From an uncultured bacterium (GTDB taxonomy: Bacteria > Babelota > Babeliae > Babelales > Vermiphilaceae), in assembly GCA_963713925.1 (NCBI GenBank), contig OY970212.1:480001-544000 (forward strand): a stretch of DNA of 64,000 bases, read 5' to 3'. Under the pieces are notes generated by a model. It was given only the letters and a program-made list of their open reading frames with translations. It was not told where the DNA came from and did no database searches. Shown here piece after piece: positions 20,774 to 29,320 of the stretch. Each line of letters opens with the position of its first letter. Within the stretch, counting starts at the first letter, position 1. The translations under genes and the position numbers were made by a program.

Positions 20774-23026
20774 CTAAACCTTATTCACAAACGCTGCCGA
20801 CACCTTTTTAACACCGACGCCTTTAAAAGCAATAGTCAAAATGGTCGCCGATCCTTTGACTTCAACCTCGGTGATAAGTCCGCTGCCAAAGGTGGGATGT
20901 TGCACCGGTTGGTGTTTTTTCCATTCTGAAGATTCCTGCGCTTTTTGCGCCTGTGAAGAACTAACCACTTTTTTTGCCGGTTTGATTGACCGATCCGACG
21001 GCACAGCTGACTTTTTTTGCTCTGTGTATGCTATTTGCGCAGGCTTTCCCGAAAGCCAATGGTTGAAAGTCAGAGGAAGTCCACCCATGGTTTGTTGGGT
21101 GATTTCGTGGGTAGTGGCCAAAGAGTTTGGAATTTCTCTTAAAAAGCGGGACGGCTTTTGATCATTCATCGACCCAAAGCTGTAGCGATAGCGGCTGTTG
21201 GTGATCAATAAATATTCTCGCGCCCGAGTGATGCCTACATAGAGCAGGCGCCGCTCTTCTTCGACCGCATCCGCATCAGTCAGTGATCGAGAGCTCGGCA
21301 ACAATCCTTCCTCAAGCCCTGAAAGAATGACAAAATCAAATTCAAGCCCTTTGGCGGCATGAAGCGTCATGAGTAAAACGGTGACGCCGGAAGTGTCTTG
21401 CGTTTGTTTGTAGTTTTCCTGCATAAGCGCAATATCATCAAGAAGTTCGCCAAGTTTGAGCTCTTTTGTTTGTTGCATGTAATCGATTGCGCGCGATAAT
21501 TCTTTGATGTTTGCCAATCGGTCAGCTGATTCAGGACCCGGATATTCTTCTGTGATGTAGCTCTTGTATTTGGTGCGTGCGATAATCATCTCGAGTGCTT
21601 TTCCAGGAGCCATTTCAGAAGTGATTCCTTCAAAGACTGTCAAAAATGAGATAATAGCATCTTTTTTAGTTTTTGGTTGCTCTTCTCTGAGCAATTTCAA
21701 AATATCTTGAAACTGGAGCAGTGGTTCTCGTGCCCACGCATCAAGCAGTTGCTCTTCAAATTTTGCTCCCAAACCCCGGCCGGGTGTGTTAATGACGCGC
21801 AGCAAGCTCGTGCGATCAAACGGATTGACCACCAGTTTGAGATAGGCGAGCAAATCTTTAATTTCTTTTCGCTCATAGAATTGCACGCCGCCGATCATTT
21901 TGTATGAAATGCCCTGTTTGACAAGCACTTCTTCGATTGATCGTGATTGAAAGTGAGTGCGATACAAAACGGCAATCGTATTGTTTTTATGAGCTGTGCG
22001 CGAGGCCTTAATTGCACATGCAATCGTATCAGCCTCGTTATAATCAGAAAGACAGGTCATCACCTTGATGCGATGTTGTCCGGCTTTGGTCGACCATAAT
22101 TTTTTTGGGTTGCGCTTGCTATTGTTGATGATGACATGGTTTGCTGCATTCAATATAGGTTGCGCGGAACGATAGTTTTGTTCGATGGTGATGGTGCGTG
22201 CCTGAGGAAAATCTTTTTTAAATTCAACAATATTGGCAATCGTTGCCCCGCGCCAGGAATAAATCGACTGGTCTTCATCGCCCACAACGCAGAGTGAATC
22301 GATAGCAAGTGCTTTGTTTTGATCAAGCGCGATACATTTGAGCAGTTCATGTTGTACGACGTTGGTATCTTGATATTCATCGACGAGCATGTGGCGAATT
22401 TTATGTTGAAACTGAGTTCGAAATCCGGGATTGTTTTTAAACAAAGCCACCGTTTCGAGCAACAAATCATCAAAATCAAGGCATTTGCTCAAGCGTTTTT
22501 CATGCTCATACAGACGATATATGCTCAAGAGCTGCTCGTTATCAATGCCACTTTCAATCTGCGTTATTCGAGTATTTTTAATTTGTGAAAGGGCATAGGC
22601 AACTTGCTTGGCGGTCAACTGTTTTTGCAGATTGGCGCGAGCAATGATCGATTGAATAAGCTTTATTTGATCATCTTCATCCATGATTGATTCAAAAGGA
22701 TGTGTAAGCAGATGTTTATTTTGTTTGAGCAAGCGCAGACAATAGGCATGAAACGTGCCGACAAACGGGAGCTCAACGGCATTGTTGCTCATGTGTCCAA
22801 TGCGCTCTTTCATTTCTTGTGCCGCTTTGTTGGTAAAGGTAAGCGCAACGATCGATGAAGCAGGAATTGCATGATTCATCAGAAGATTTGCAATGCGCGA
22901 AGTGATGACGCGCGTTTTTCCCGATCCGGCACCGGCAATCACCAAAGAAACTCCATTGATTTCAACAACCGCTTGCTTTTGCGACGGGTTCAAATGTTCA
23001 AGACTAAAAGCGGAACTGTTGTTCAT
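20774..23026 (-). CDS. pcrA: ATP-dependent DNA helicase PcrA/UvrD
   Basis: AGAGSGKTRV, TFTNKAA, LVDEYQDTN, VGDEDQSIYSWRGA, EQNYRS, EEERRLLYVGITRA, C-terminal Tudor-like HPTFGSG. Confidence 0.96.
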   Translation of the reverse strand: MNNSSAFSLEHLNPSQKQAVVEINGVSLVIAGAGSGKTRVITSRIANLLMNHAIPASSIVALTFTNKAAQEMKERIGHMSNNAVELPFVGTFHAYCLRLLKQNKHLLTHPFESIMDEDDQIKLIQSIIARANLQKQLTAKQVAYALSQIKNTRITQIESGIDNEQLLSIYRLYEHEKRLSKCLDFDDLLLETVALFKNNPGFRTQFQHKIRHMLVDEYQDTNVVQHELLKCIALDQNKALAIDSLCVVGDEDQSIYSWRGATIANIVEFKKDFPQARTITIEQNYRSAQPILNAANHVIINNSKRNPKKLWSTKAGQHRIKVMTCLSDYNEADTIACAIKASRTAHKNNTIAVLYRTHFQSRSIEEVLVKQGISYKMIGGVQFYERKEIKDLLAYLKLVVNPFDRTSLLRVINTPGRGLGAKFEEQLLDAWAREPLLQFQDILKLLREEQPKTKKDAIISFLTVFEGITSEMAPGKALEMIIARTKYKSYITEEYPGPESADRLANIKELSRAIDYMQQTKELKLGELLDDIALMQENYKQTQDTSGVTVLLMTLHAAKGLEFDFVILSGLEEGLLPSSRSLTDADAVEEERRLLYVGITRAREYLLITNSRYRYSFGSMNDQKPSRFLREIPNSLATTHEITQQTMGGLPLTFNHWLSGKPAQIAYTEQKKSAVPSDRSIKPAKKVVSSSQAQKAQESSEWKKHQPVQHPTFGSGLITEVEVKGSATILTIAFKGVGVKKVSAAFVNKV

Positions 23027-23115
23027 GGAGAATCCTTTACAGATGAAAGAAACGATCTTCTCAAGTGTAACGAAAAGTTATTAAGTTGCCATTAAAATTC
23101 GGAGCCTTCAAAGCT

Positions 23116-23146
23116 CTTGTCCCGACATAGCCTTGGCGACGTCGGA
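23116..23146 (+). repeat. Family B REP-like unit
   Basis: cttgtcccgacatagccttggcgacgtcgga, similar to 31311-31342 and 9409-9444 with compensatory stem change. Confidence 0.7.
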
Positions 23147-23183
23147 TTCGCATCTCTCCTGCTCGATTGAGTATGTAATCTTA

Positions 23184-23786
23184 TCAAAAGCCAAACCTGT
23201 CATTTTTGTCAAATGCTCTTGTGCAAGTAATAATGCCTTCGAGATCGGTACTTTTTGTCACTGTTATTTTACCGGGTGTTGGATCAATGGGTTCGGCGGA
23301 ATCAAGAATGGTTTGAAGATATAGCTTTCTTCGAGCTTTTTGTACATCGAGATAATATGTCTTTGCGTCGGATAATCTTTTTGCGTCGCGTACTCCATTT
23401 GTTGATTCGGTCGCTTTACCGGTTACTTTTTTTAAGTTTTTTGCCGAATCGGGGTTAATTTTTTTTAAAGTAGGGATATAGTTTGCTTTTACGGGTGCGG
23501 GAATTTGTTGCAGGTATTGTTCTCGCGCGTCTGTTTTCTTTTTTTCCATGATTTCTTGCGCAGCTTTGTTTTTTTTGTGTTCGGCAAGTTTAATTGCTGA
23601 TGCTAATGCTTGATTTCGCAATTCTTTTTGCACATCCGGCATTACCTGTCTTTTTAATTTTTCTCGCGCATCTTCAATTTCATCTTGAAGAAAAACTGAC
23701 ATAGTCATGGAATTTTGGCTACAGAAAATTGCTTGAGATGATAAGGCTGAGAAAAGAAGCAATAATGAAATTTTAATATGTGACAT
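23184..23786 (-). CDS. Hypothetical secreted protein
   Basis: MSHIKISLLLLFSALSSQAIFC leader, AAGGAG RBS; coiled-coil-like body. Confidence 0.75.
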   Translation of the reverse strand: MSHIKISLLLLFSALSSQAIFCSQNSMTMSVFLQDEIEDAREKLKRQVMPDVQKELRNQALASAIKLAEHKKNKAAQEIMEKKKTDAREQYLQQIPAPVKANYIPTLKKINPDSAKNLKKVTGKATESTNGVRDAKRLSDAKTYYLDVQKARRKLYLQTILDSAEPIDPTPGKITVTKSTDLEGIITCTRAFDKNDRFGF

Positions 23787-23839
23787 AAGAACTCCTTTGT
23801 GGCTCTTTGCTGGTGGAAAACAACTCCATCCATTTTAAC

Positions 23840-23867
23840 AAAAAGGAGATGCTTTCGCATCTCCTTT
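23840..23867 (-). terminator. Intrinsic terminator
   Basis: aaaaaggagatgc-tttc-gcatctccttt; GAAA loop and T-tract on minus strand downstream of the 23893 ORF. Confidence 0.75.
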
Positions 23868-23892
23868 AAAAAGTCTGATGACTTTTGAAGAT

Positions 23893-24414
23893 TTATTTCG
23901 AGCCGAAAATTCTTGCGAAAACACCCTTTGCTGCCTCTTCTTGTTTTCCTACAGCGACACCATGTTCATATATAGCGGTAAATTCTTTTGCGGAGTATTC
24001 ATTGGTTCCCTTGACACCCATTCTTGCATCCAACTCTTTTTCAAAGCGTCTCAATACTCTTTTGCTTATTTTTGGTATCTGAGAATATGAGTCGGTGAAT
24101 TCATTTAAAAGCGCTTGTTTATTTCTTTTTACATCTTTTATGGCCGTTAGAATTTCTGCTGTTGTGATTTCTGAAATTTTGCCATCTTTTTTCTTATATT
24201 CTCTCTGAGTGTCCTTTATGATTTGTTCATTATAATGGTCATTTATTATTTCTGATGCTCTGCTGTGTTTGTAGAGTTCTGCGGCGGTTGAAACATATTC
24301 TTCTTCCAGCCTGAGTGTGGTGCTCAAGCAAGCGCTTGTATCCCAAGCGTTTTCGGAAGCGGTTATTCTAAGAGATACAAGTGACAACAGGGAAAGATAC
24401 ATAATTTTCGACAT
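23893..24414 (-). CDS. Hypothetical secreted protein
   Basis: MSKIMYLSLLSLVSLRITA leader after AAGGAG; ends KGVFARIFGSK. Confidence 0.72.
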   Translation of the reverse strand: MSKIMYLSLLSLVSLRITASENAWDTSACLSTTLRLEEEYVSTAAELYKHSRASEIINDHYNEQIIKDTQREYKKKDGKISEITTAEILTAIKDVKRNKQALLNEFTDSYSQIPKISKRVLRRFEKELDARMGVKGTNEYSAKEFTAIYEHGVAVGKQEEAAKGVFARIFGSK

Positions 24415-24565
24415 AGGCACTCCTTCATACAGTAGTCGAAATTGAAACTTCATGAGTTGAGCATGGTTATACCATGCAAAAACATTTTCATCATATGCAT
24501 AAGATTTTAGAAATTTCAAGGAAGTTTTTTTTAAGAGACGCGAGAGCAAAATGAGGCCGCGCAGA

Positions 24566-24976
24566 TTATTTAACAGGGAGAAGGTCCTCCAAGTCGGTGA
24601 TTTTCATGATAAGTTTTGTTCGAACCTTTTTGCCAGTTGTAAGATATCGAACGGTTCCATCATAGTCGCAAATGAGCCTTCCTCGGGTCGGGTTGGGCGT
24701 GTCTTTGTAATAGCAATAGAGCATAAGAGTTCCGTCCCAATCGTAGACCGATTCCCTATATATTTTTGCATTCGCGGTGAGATATGGGGCAGCCGACACA
24801 TTACGATTTCGTTCACGATGTTGCTCCTCGCCGCTCTTTACGGGGAGCGCGGCATATTTGTCGGCGCATCCTGTTTTGATAGCGGCTATGTGCGGCAGCC
24901 TTCGGCGCGGCGTTTGGGCACAAAAAATTTTTCCCCCCAGCAATAGAAAGAATGAAAAAAGAATAATACGCTTCAT
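24566..24976 (-). CDS. Hypothetical secreted protein
   Basis: MKRIILFSFFLLLGGKIFC leader after GAGG. Confidence 0.68.
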   Translation of the reverse strand: MKRIILFSFFLLLGGKIFCAQTPRRRLPHIAAIKTGCADKYAALPVKSGEEQHRERNRNVSAAPYLTANAKIYRESVYDWDGTLMLYCYYKDTPNPTRGRLICDYDGTVRYLTTGKKVRTKLIMKITDLEDLLPVK

Positions 24977-24988
24977 TACTATCCTCTC

Positions 24989-25357
24989 TTACTCATTTAT
25001 ATGCCAGCTCTTCAAAGATCCGTCAGGTATGCCATTGTATCCACGATTGTCTTGCGACTTTGTGTTCGGATTGTTGTGTTGAGTTTGAGCAAATGATCGA
25101 TTTACCGAGCTATCGAGTAATACTACTATTGCATCATCATCGCATGAATGTACTGACTGATACAAGTTTTCCAGAGATCCCTCATAGTTAATGAACAAAA
25201 CTTTTTGATTATTATAAAAAAAATATTTTCCCGGCATAAAAGGAGCGGGCTTGGGTTGTTGGGAACTGGGTTCAATGGGAGGTGTTTGGTGTTGGTCCAT
25301 GCAGAGAACACTTTGGGCAGCAGAACAGATCAACAAGGAAATAATATGTTTTATCAT
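24989..25357 (-). CDS. Hypothetical secreted protein
   Basis: MIKHIISLLICSAAQSVLC leader after AGGAG; upstream TTGAAT-N16-TACACT promoter-like sequence. Confidence 0.68.
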   Translation of the reverse strand: MIKHIISLLICSAAQSVLCMDQHQTPPIEPSSQQPKPAPFMPGKYFFYNNQKVLFINYEGSLENLYQSVHSCDDDAIVVLLDSSVNRSFAQTQHNNPNTKSQDNRGYNGIPDGSLKSWHINE

Positions 25358-25428
25358 TTTGAAACTCCTGTATAGGTGTGTTTTTAATGCCATATAGTGT
25401 ATCGACAAAGCGTTCAAATTCAAGAAAT

Positions 25429-25464
25429 AAAAAAGAGGAGACTCATACGAGTATCTCCTCTTTT
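25429..25464. terminator. Intrinsic terminator
   Basis: aaaaaagaggagactcatacgagtatctcctctttt inverted repeat with flanking A/T tracts. Confidence 0.7.
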
Positions 25465-25489
25465 AAATATTCGCTTGCGACTTTAAAAA

Positions 25490-26689
25490 TTACTTTTGTC
25501 CCCACAAGTTCAACGGATTAAGCTTACTCAGCGAGCTCAGCAAACTGGTGGCTTGTGCAGGTACAGTTGGTATGACAATGTCTGTTTTTTCAGGCAATGG
25601 TGGCCGTATTAAAAACTGACCTTGATTTGGTCCACCCGCAACAATTGCCCGTCCGGAAGCGCTTACGTTGTAATACATGACGCCCTTCATGATGTGGGCG
25701 ATCGGAGTATCTTGTTCAAGTAAGGTGTTCCATATGTTGATGCCGTCCATACCGACGCCGATAACGTATTGAGTTCCGATTCCCGAAAAGCAACAATCTT
25801 CCATCGAGTAAAACCAATTTTTATAAATATTTGATGGAACTGCATTGAGGCTTTTGAGGCAATTTCCCGTTTGCAGATCCCAAACGCGCACGTTCAAATC
25901 GGCGCAACTCACTGCTCGGGGGACGCCGTTTGTGAGCTTAACGCTTGAGGCATGGGAGGTGTGTCCTTTCAGTGTCGGCAAAAAAGATTGTATCGACGGA
26001 TCATATATTTGTATGTTGTGAGCATCATCGGTGAATGCGGCTTTGATCCATCCGGAATAATGTAAAAGAGACAAAAATTGTGCTTGAGTCGGGATATCGG
26101 TTGTCTTTTCCCTTTTGTGAGAAACGATTGCTATGCCGTCTTGCGATTTTGTCGCATAATGGAGCGTGTTTTCGGGGTCGAAAAGAGCAAAGGATCTTCC
26201 AATATTTTTGGTGGTTATTTTTTCATTCGTGATTGGTTGTACTGAACCTTGCGACCATTCATAGAGCAAAATACCAAGGGTATGTTCCTTGTCTTGCGGG
26301 AGAGAGACTGCGGCATGGAGCTTATCGTTCGAAAGGGTAACGTCCCACTGTTCTTTGTTGAAGATCATACCTTCATCAACATCGATATCAGCCCATCGAA
26401 TAGGATTTCCTATTCCGAATTTGCATATATTGAGGCGATTTCCGACCCAAGCGATAAAATGATTTTCATTGCATGCGCTTGGTCCGCTATTTATGCGATT
26501 GTCCTGATAAGGCCACGGTATCACAGCATCGGAATACGTTGTATCAGCAATCAACTGTGGAAGCATATTTTCATGGAGCTTCTTTCCGCGGGACGCTTGA
26601 GGCGTCATATCCGTTTGATTGTCTGCACACATAACAGATGCACCATAAAACGACAGGAACAGTATTAATCTTGTTTTCAAAAACTTCAT
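25490..26689 (-). CDS. Secreted WD40-like beta-propeller protein
   Basis: Signal peptide; TLKGHTSHASSV...VRVWDLQTGNCLKSL WD repeat; paralog of the next gene. Confidence 0.8.
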   Translation of the reverse strand: MKFLKTRLILFLSFYGASVMCADNQTDMTPQASRGKKLHENMLPQLIADTTYSDAVIPWPYQDNRINSGPSACNENHFIAWVGNRLNICKFGIGNPIRWADIDVDEGMIFNKEQWDVTLSNDKLHAAVSLPQDKEHTLGILLYEWSQGSVQPITNEKITTKNIGRSFALFDPENTLHYATKSQDGIAIVSHKREKTTDIPTQAQFLSLLHYSGWIKAAFTDDAHNIQIYDPSIQSFLPTLKGHTSHASSVKLTNGVPRAVSCADLNVRVWDLQTGNCLKSLNAVPSNIYKNWFYSMEDCCFSGIGTQYVIGVGMDGINIWNTLLEQDTPIAHIMKGVMYYNVSASGRAIVAGGPNQGQFLIRPPLPEKTDIVIPTVPAQATSLLSSLSKLNPLNLWGQK

Positions 26690-26722
26690 AGAATATCCTC
26701 TTTTATCAAGATGATTTTAAAA

Positions 26723-28015
26723 TTATTTTTGTCCTCTCAACCAACTCAACCAACCGGCTTTTTGTGTCGCGCTCGCTTTATCGGCTTCTTGAAGTTGATA
26801 AAGCGAATTGGTCGGGTTAGTTTGTTTTGTATTCGCCGGTATGGTCTCACTTGTTTGCTCAGTATTTGATTTTTCTTTCGGAATCCAAAATTGTTCCTGG
26901 TTTCCTCCGCCTGCAGCGATTAATCTGCCCTGTGCACACCCATTTTGAAATGCTCTTCCGGGGAAAAAATGATATGCCGGCGTATCATTGCTGGAACGTG
27001 TATCCCACACATTAACGCCGTCAAATCCGAATCCTACAATATATTCACTATTGTCACCGGCAAAGCAGCAATCCGTCGTTAAACACGGGGTATGATCGCC
27101 TAATACATTCGACGAGATCGCTTTAAAACTTCTCAGACATGTCCCGGTCGAAAGGTCCCACAGGCGCGTGTTTGTAAAAGAAGAACTTATAATGCGAGAT
27201 GCATCATTGGGGTGTGTGTTTACACGTACAACCGGTTCAGTGTGGCCTTGCAATGGAAGCAAGAATGAGCGCGTGTATTGATTGTAAATCCATACATTAT
27301 AGTCTGTGTCATAAGTGAACGCGGCGGTTATTTTTTCTTTTTGCTTTATGAGAGAAAGAAAGAATGCACTTGTTGCAATAGAGGTTCTTTCTTTTGTGTC
27401 ATGATTAACGAGATCAAATCCGTTTTCTCCCTTTTCCGCGTAATGTAATTGGTTTTGCGCATCAAATATAATTGAAGGTGTTGCCACCCCGATAATATTG
27501 TCCTTTCGACCGGACCATGAACCCGGCCATTTGATTTCAAATGTTTCTACAATCTTTCTTTCGTTTTCTGCCAGTGAACAAATAGAAACATCGACGGCTT
27601 CTCCGGATTCGGCAAAGCCACCATATGCGCAAACGGCAGCTCTTTTACTGTCTGGCGACAAAGCAGCTTGCCAATTGCTTCTGATCCATATTGGAGTCGT
27701 ACCCATGTCGAAATATATTTCTTTGCGTGCCGGGCCGGTTCCCCATTCACATGTCTGTAAGTGATGTCCAGTCCACTTAAGAAAATAGGATCCATTGTAT
27801 GAGCTTGGCCCGCAATTGGTAAAATCCAGTTGATATGGCCATGGAATTATGGCGTCGGTCGCACTATTTGCCATGGCCGATAGGATCTTTTTTTGATGAT
27901 CCATTTTTTTTGCAAGAGCATCGGATGCAGCTTTCGTGTCTGCGCTGTCTGCGCATATGGCTAATGAGGAAGAAAATAGTAGGCAGAGTATGAAACTTCT
28001 TTTTGAATAGTTCAT
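26723..28015 (-). CDS. Secreted WD40-like beta-propeller protein
   Basis: Signal peptide; PLQGHTEPVVRV...TRLWDLSTGTCLRSF, VNVWDTR; paralog of the previous gene. Confidence 0.8.
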   Translation of the reverse strand: MNYSKRSFILCLLFSSSLAICADSADTKAASDALAKKMDHQKKILSAMANSATDAIIPWPYQLDFTNCGPSSYNGSYFLKWTGHHLQTCEWGTGPARKEIYFDMGTTPIWIRSNWQAALSPDSKRAAVCAYGGFAESGEAVDVSICSLAENERKIVETFEIKWPGSWSGRKDNIIGVATPSIIFDAQNQLHYAEKGENGFDLVNHDTKERTSIATSAFFLSLIKQKEKITAAFTYDTDYNVWIYNQYTRSFLLPLQGHTEPVVRVNTHPNDASRIISSSFTNTRLWDLSTGTCLRSFKAISSNVLGDHTPCLTTDCCFAGDNSEYIVGFGFDGVNVWDTRSSNDTPAYHFFPGRAFQNGCAQGRLIAAGGGNQEQFWIPKEKSNTEQTSETIPANTKQTNPTNSLYQLQEADKASATQKAGWLSWLRGQK

Positions 28016-28072
28016 GACGAGTCCTCTTTTTAAGAAATGGAAAAGTTGTCATGAGTCTAGCAAAAAAGATTT

Positions 28073-28098
28073 TTGGGGCAACATGAACATGCTCCCCC
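28073..28098 (-). terminator. Possible terminator hairpin downstream of hflX
   Basis: Imperfect tggggcaacatg-aa-catgctccccca stem; T-run a few nt further on minus strand. Confidence 0.4.
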
Positions 28099-28126
28099 AG
28101 TCGAGTGTAAATCGATTTGGAATTTC

Positions 28127-29230
28127 TTATTTTTCCCAATTGCGCAAGAAATCAATCAGCTGATCAAGACCACCTTCGGTTATTATCGAGCTGATGACAA
28201 ATGGCTCATATTTTTCAAACGCAGGGATTTGAAACTCAATCATTGAAACCTTATCTGCTTTGTTAAACACATAAAGCATTGGTTTATCAACATTCAAATC
28301 TTCCAAGATGTCGTCAACGACTTCTATATGGTTTGGCCAGTTTGGGTCTGACACATCAATGATCTGAATGAGCAGATGAGCATATTGAAGTTCAGAAAGA
28401 GTAGATTTGAAAGCTTCAATCAAGTGGTGGGGCAATTGTTGCACAAATCCAACGGTGTCGGAAATGAGGGCTTTCTTTTTGCCATCAATAAACAGTTCGC
28501 GGGTTGTCGTATCAAGAGTTGCAAAGAGCTTATCTTCTGCCAAAACATTACTTTTGGTCAGAGCATTTAAAATTGATGATTTGCCTGCGTTGGTGTATCC
28601 GATTAAGCAAAAGAGCGGGATTTCACTCGATAAGCGCTTTTTACGCTGCGTTTCACGAGCTTGAGCAAGCTTTTCTAGCTGTCGCTTGAGTTTGAGAATG
28701 GTGTTCTCAATATGTCGCGTATCTTTTTCTTTTTGCGTTTCTCCCGGGCCTTTGCTTCCGATGCGTCCGGCTTGTTGGGAGAGATATTGCCCACGTCCGG
28801 CAAGACGGGTTTTGGAGTATTGGAGCATGGCTATTTCAACCTGAATTTTACCTTCGGCTGAATGTGCACCTTTTTCAAAAATTTCCAAGATCAAACGAGT
28901 TCGATCAAATATTCTGCAGTTTAAGAAATCGCGCAAGTTGCGTTCTTGGTTGCTGGTCAGTTGTTCGGAGATAATAACTTCTTCAACATTATTAGTATCG
29001 CAAAACTCTTTGAGCTCTTGAAGTTTGCCATGGGTGATAAAGTAAGCACTATCTATTTCGCGCAACTTAATAAACTGCTCAAAGTTTGGCGTGACGCCGT
29101 TTGAGGAGATGAGATTAGCAAACTCTTCAAGGTATGAATCGATGTTTTTGTTTGGGTTAAAAGGGGTTTGAATGCCCAATGCTAAGATGACAGGTTCATG
29201 ATGTTCGTAAAAACGTGGTTCTTGAGCCAT
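28127..29230 (-). CDS. hflX: GTPase HflX (short form)
   Basis: DRTRLILEIF, GPGET, GYTNAGKSS, LFATLDTTTR, DTVGF, NKAD. Confidence 0.96.
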   Translation of the reverse strand: MAQEPRFYEHHEPVILALGIQTPFNPNKNIDSYLEEFANLISSNGVTPNFEQFIKLREIDSAYFITHGKLQELKEFCDTNNVEEVIISEQLTSNQERNLRDFLNCRIFDRTRLILEIFEKGAHSAEGKIQVEIAMLQYSKTRLAGRGQYLSQQAGRIGSKGPGETQKEKDTRHIENTILKLKRQLEKLAQARETQRKKRLSSEIPLFCLIGYTNAGKSSILNALTKSNVLAEDKLFATLDTTTRELFIDGKKKALISDTVGFVQQLPHHLIEAFKSTLSELQYAHLLIQIIDVSDPNWPNHIEVVDDILEDLNVDKPMLYVFNKADKVSMIEFQIPAFEKYEPFVISSIITEGGLDQLIDFLRNWEK

Positions 29231-29320
29231 ACTGATTTTTCTTTAATTTTTGATCAACTTTTTCAACTATCTATGCTATAGTAACATAAAATTTCAAAAA
29301 ACCTTACTATTAAAAAAGAC

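Noticed and set aside
21082..21101. caccca...tgggtg hairpin in the PcrA C-terminal linker
   Set aside because: Only a 6-bp stem and no GGGY tag; cannot be distinguished from chance
23095..23184. Glycine riboswitch or other ncRNA on the minus strand (ggagag...gaagg)
   Set aside because: Lacks the CTCTCAGG core and tandem aptamer; better explained by a family B repeat in a hairpin
24551..25082. Plus-strand ORFs 24551-24946 and 24777-25082
   Set aside because: Antisense shadows of minus-strand genes that have RBS and signal peptides
23184..28015. Integron cassette array
   Set aside because: No recurring attC-like RYYYAAC...GTTRRRY structures recognised; genes have their own promoter-like sequences and terminators; no integrase
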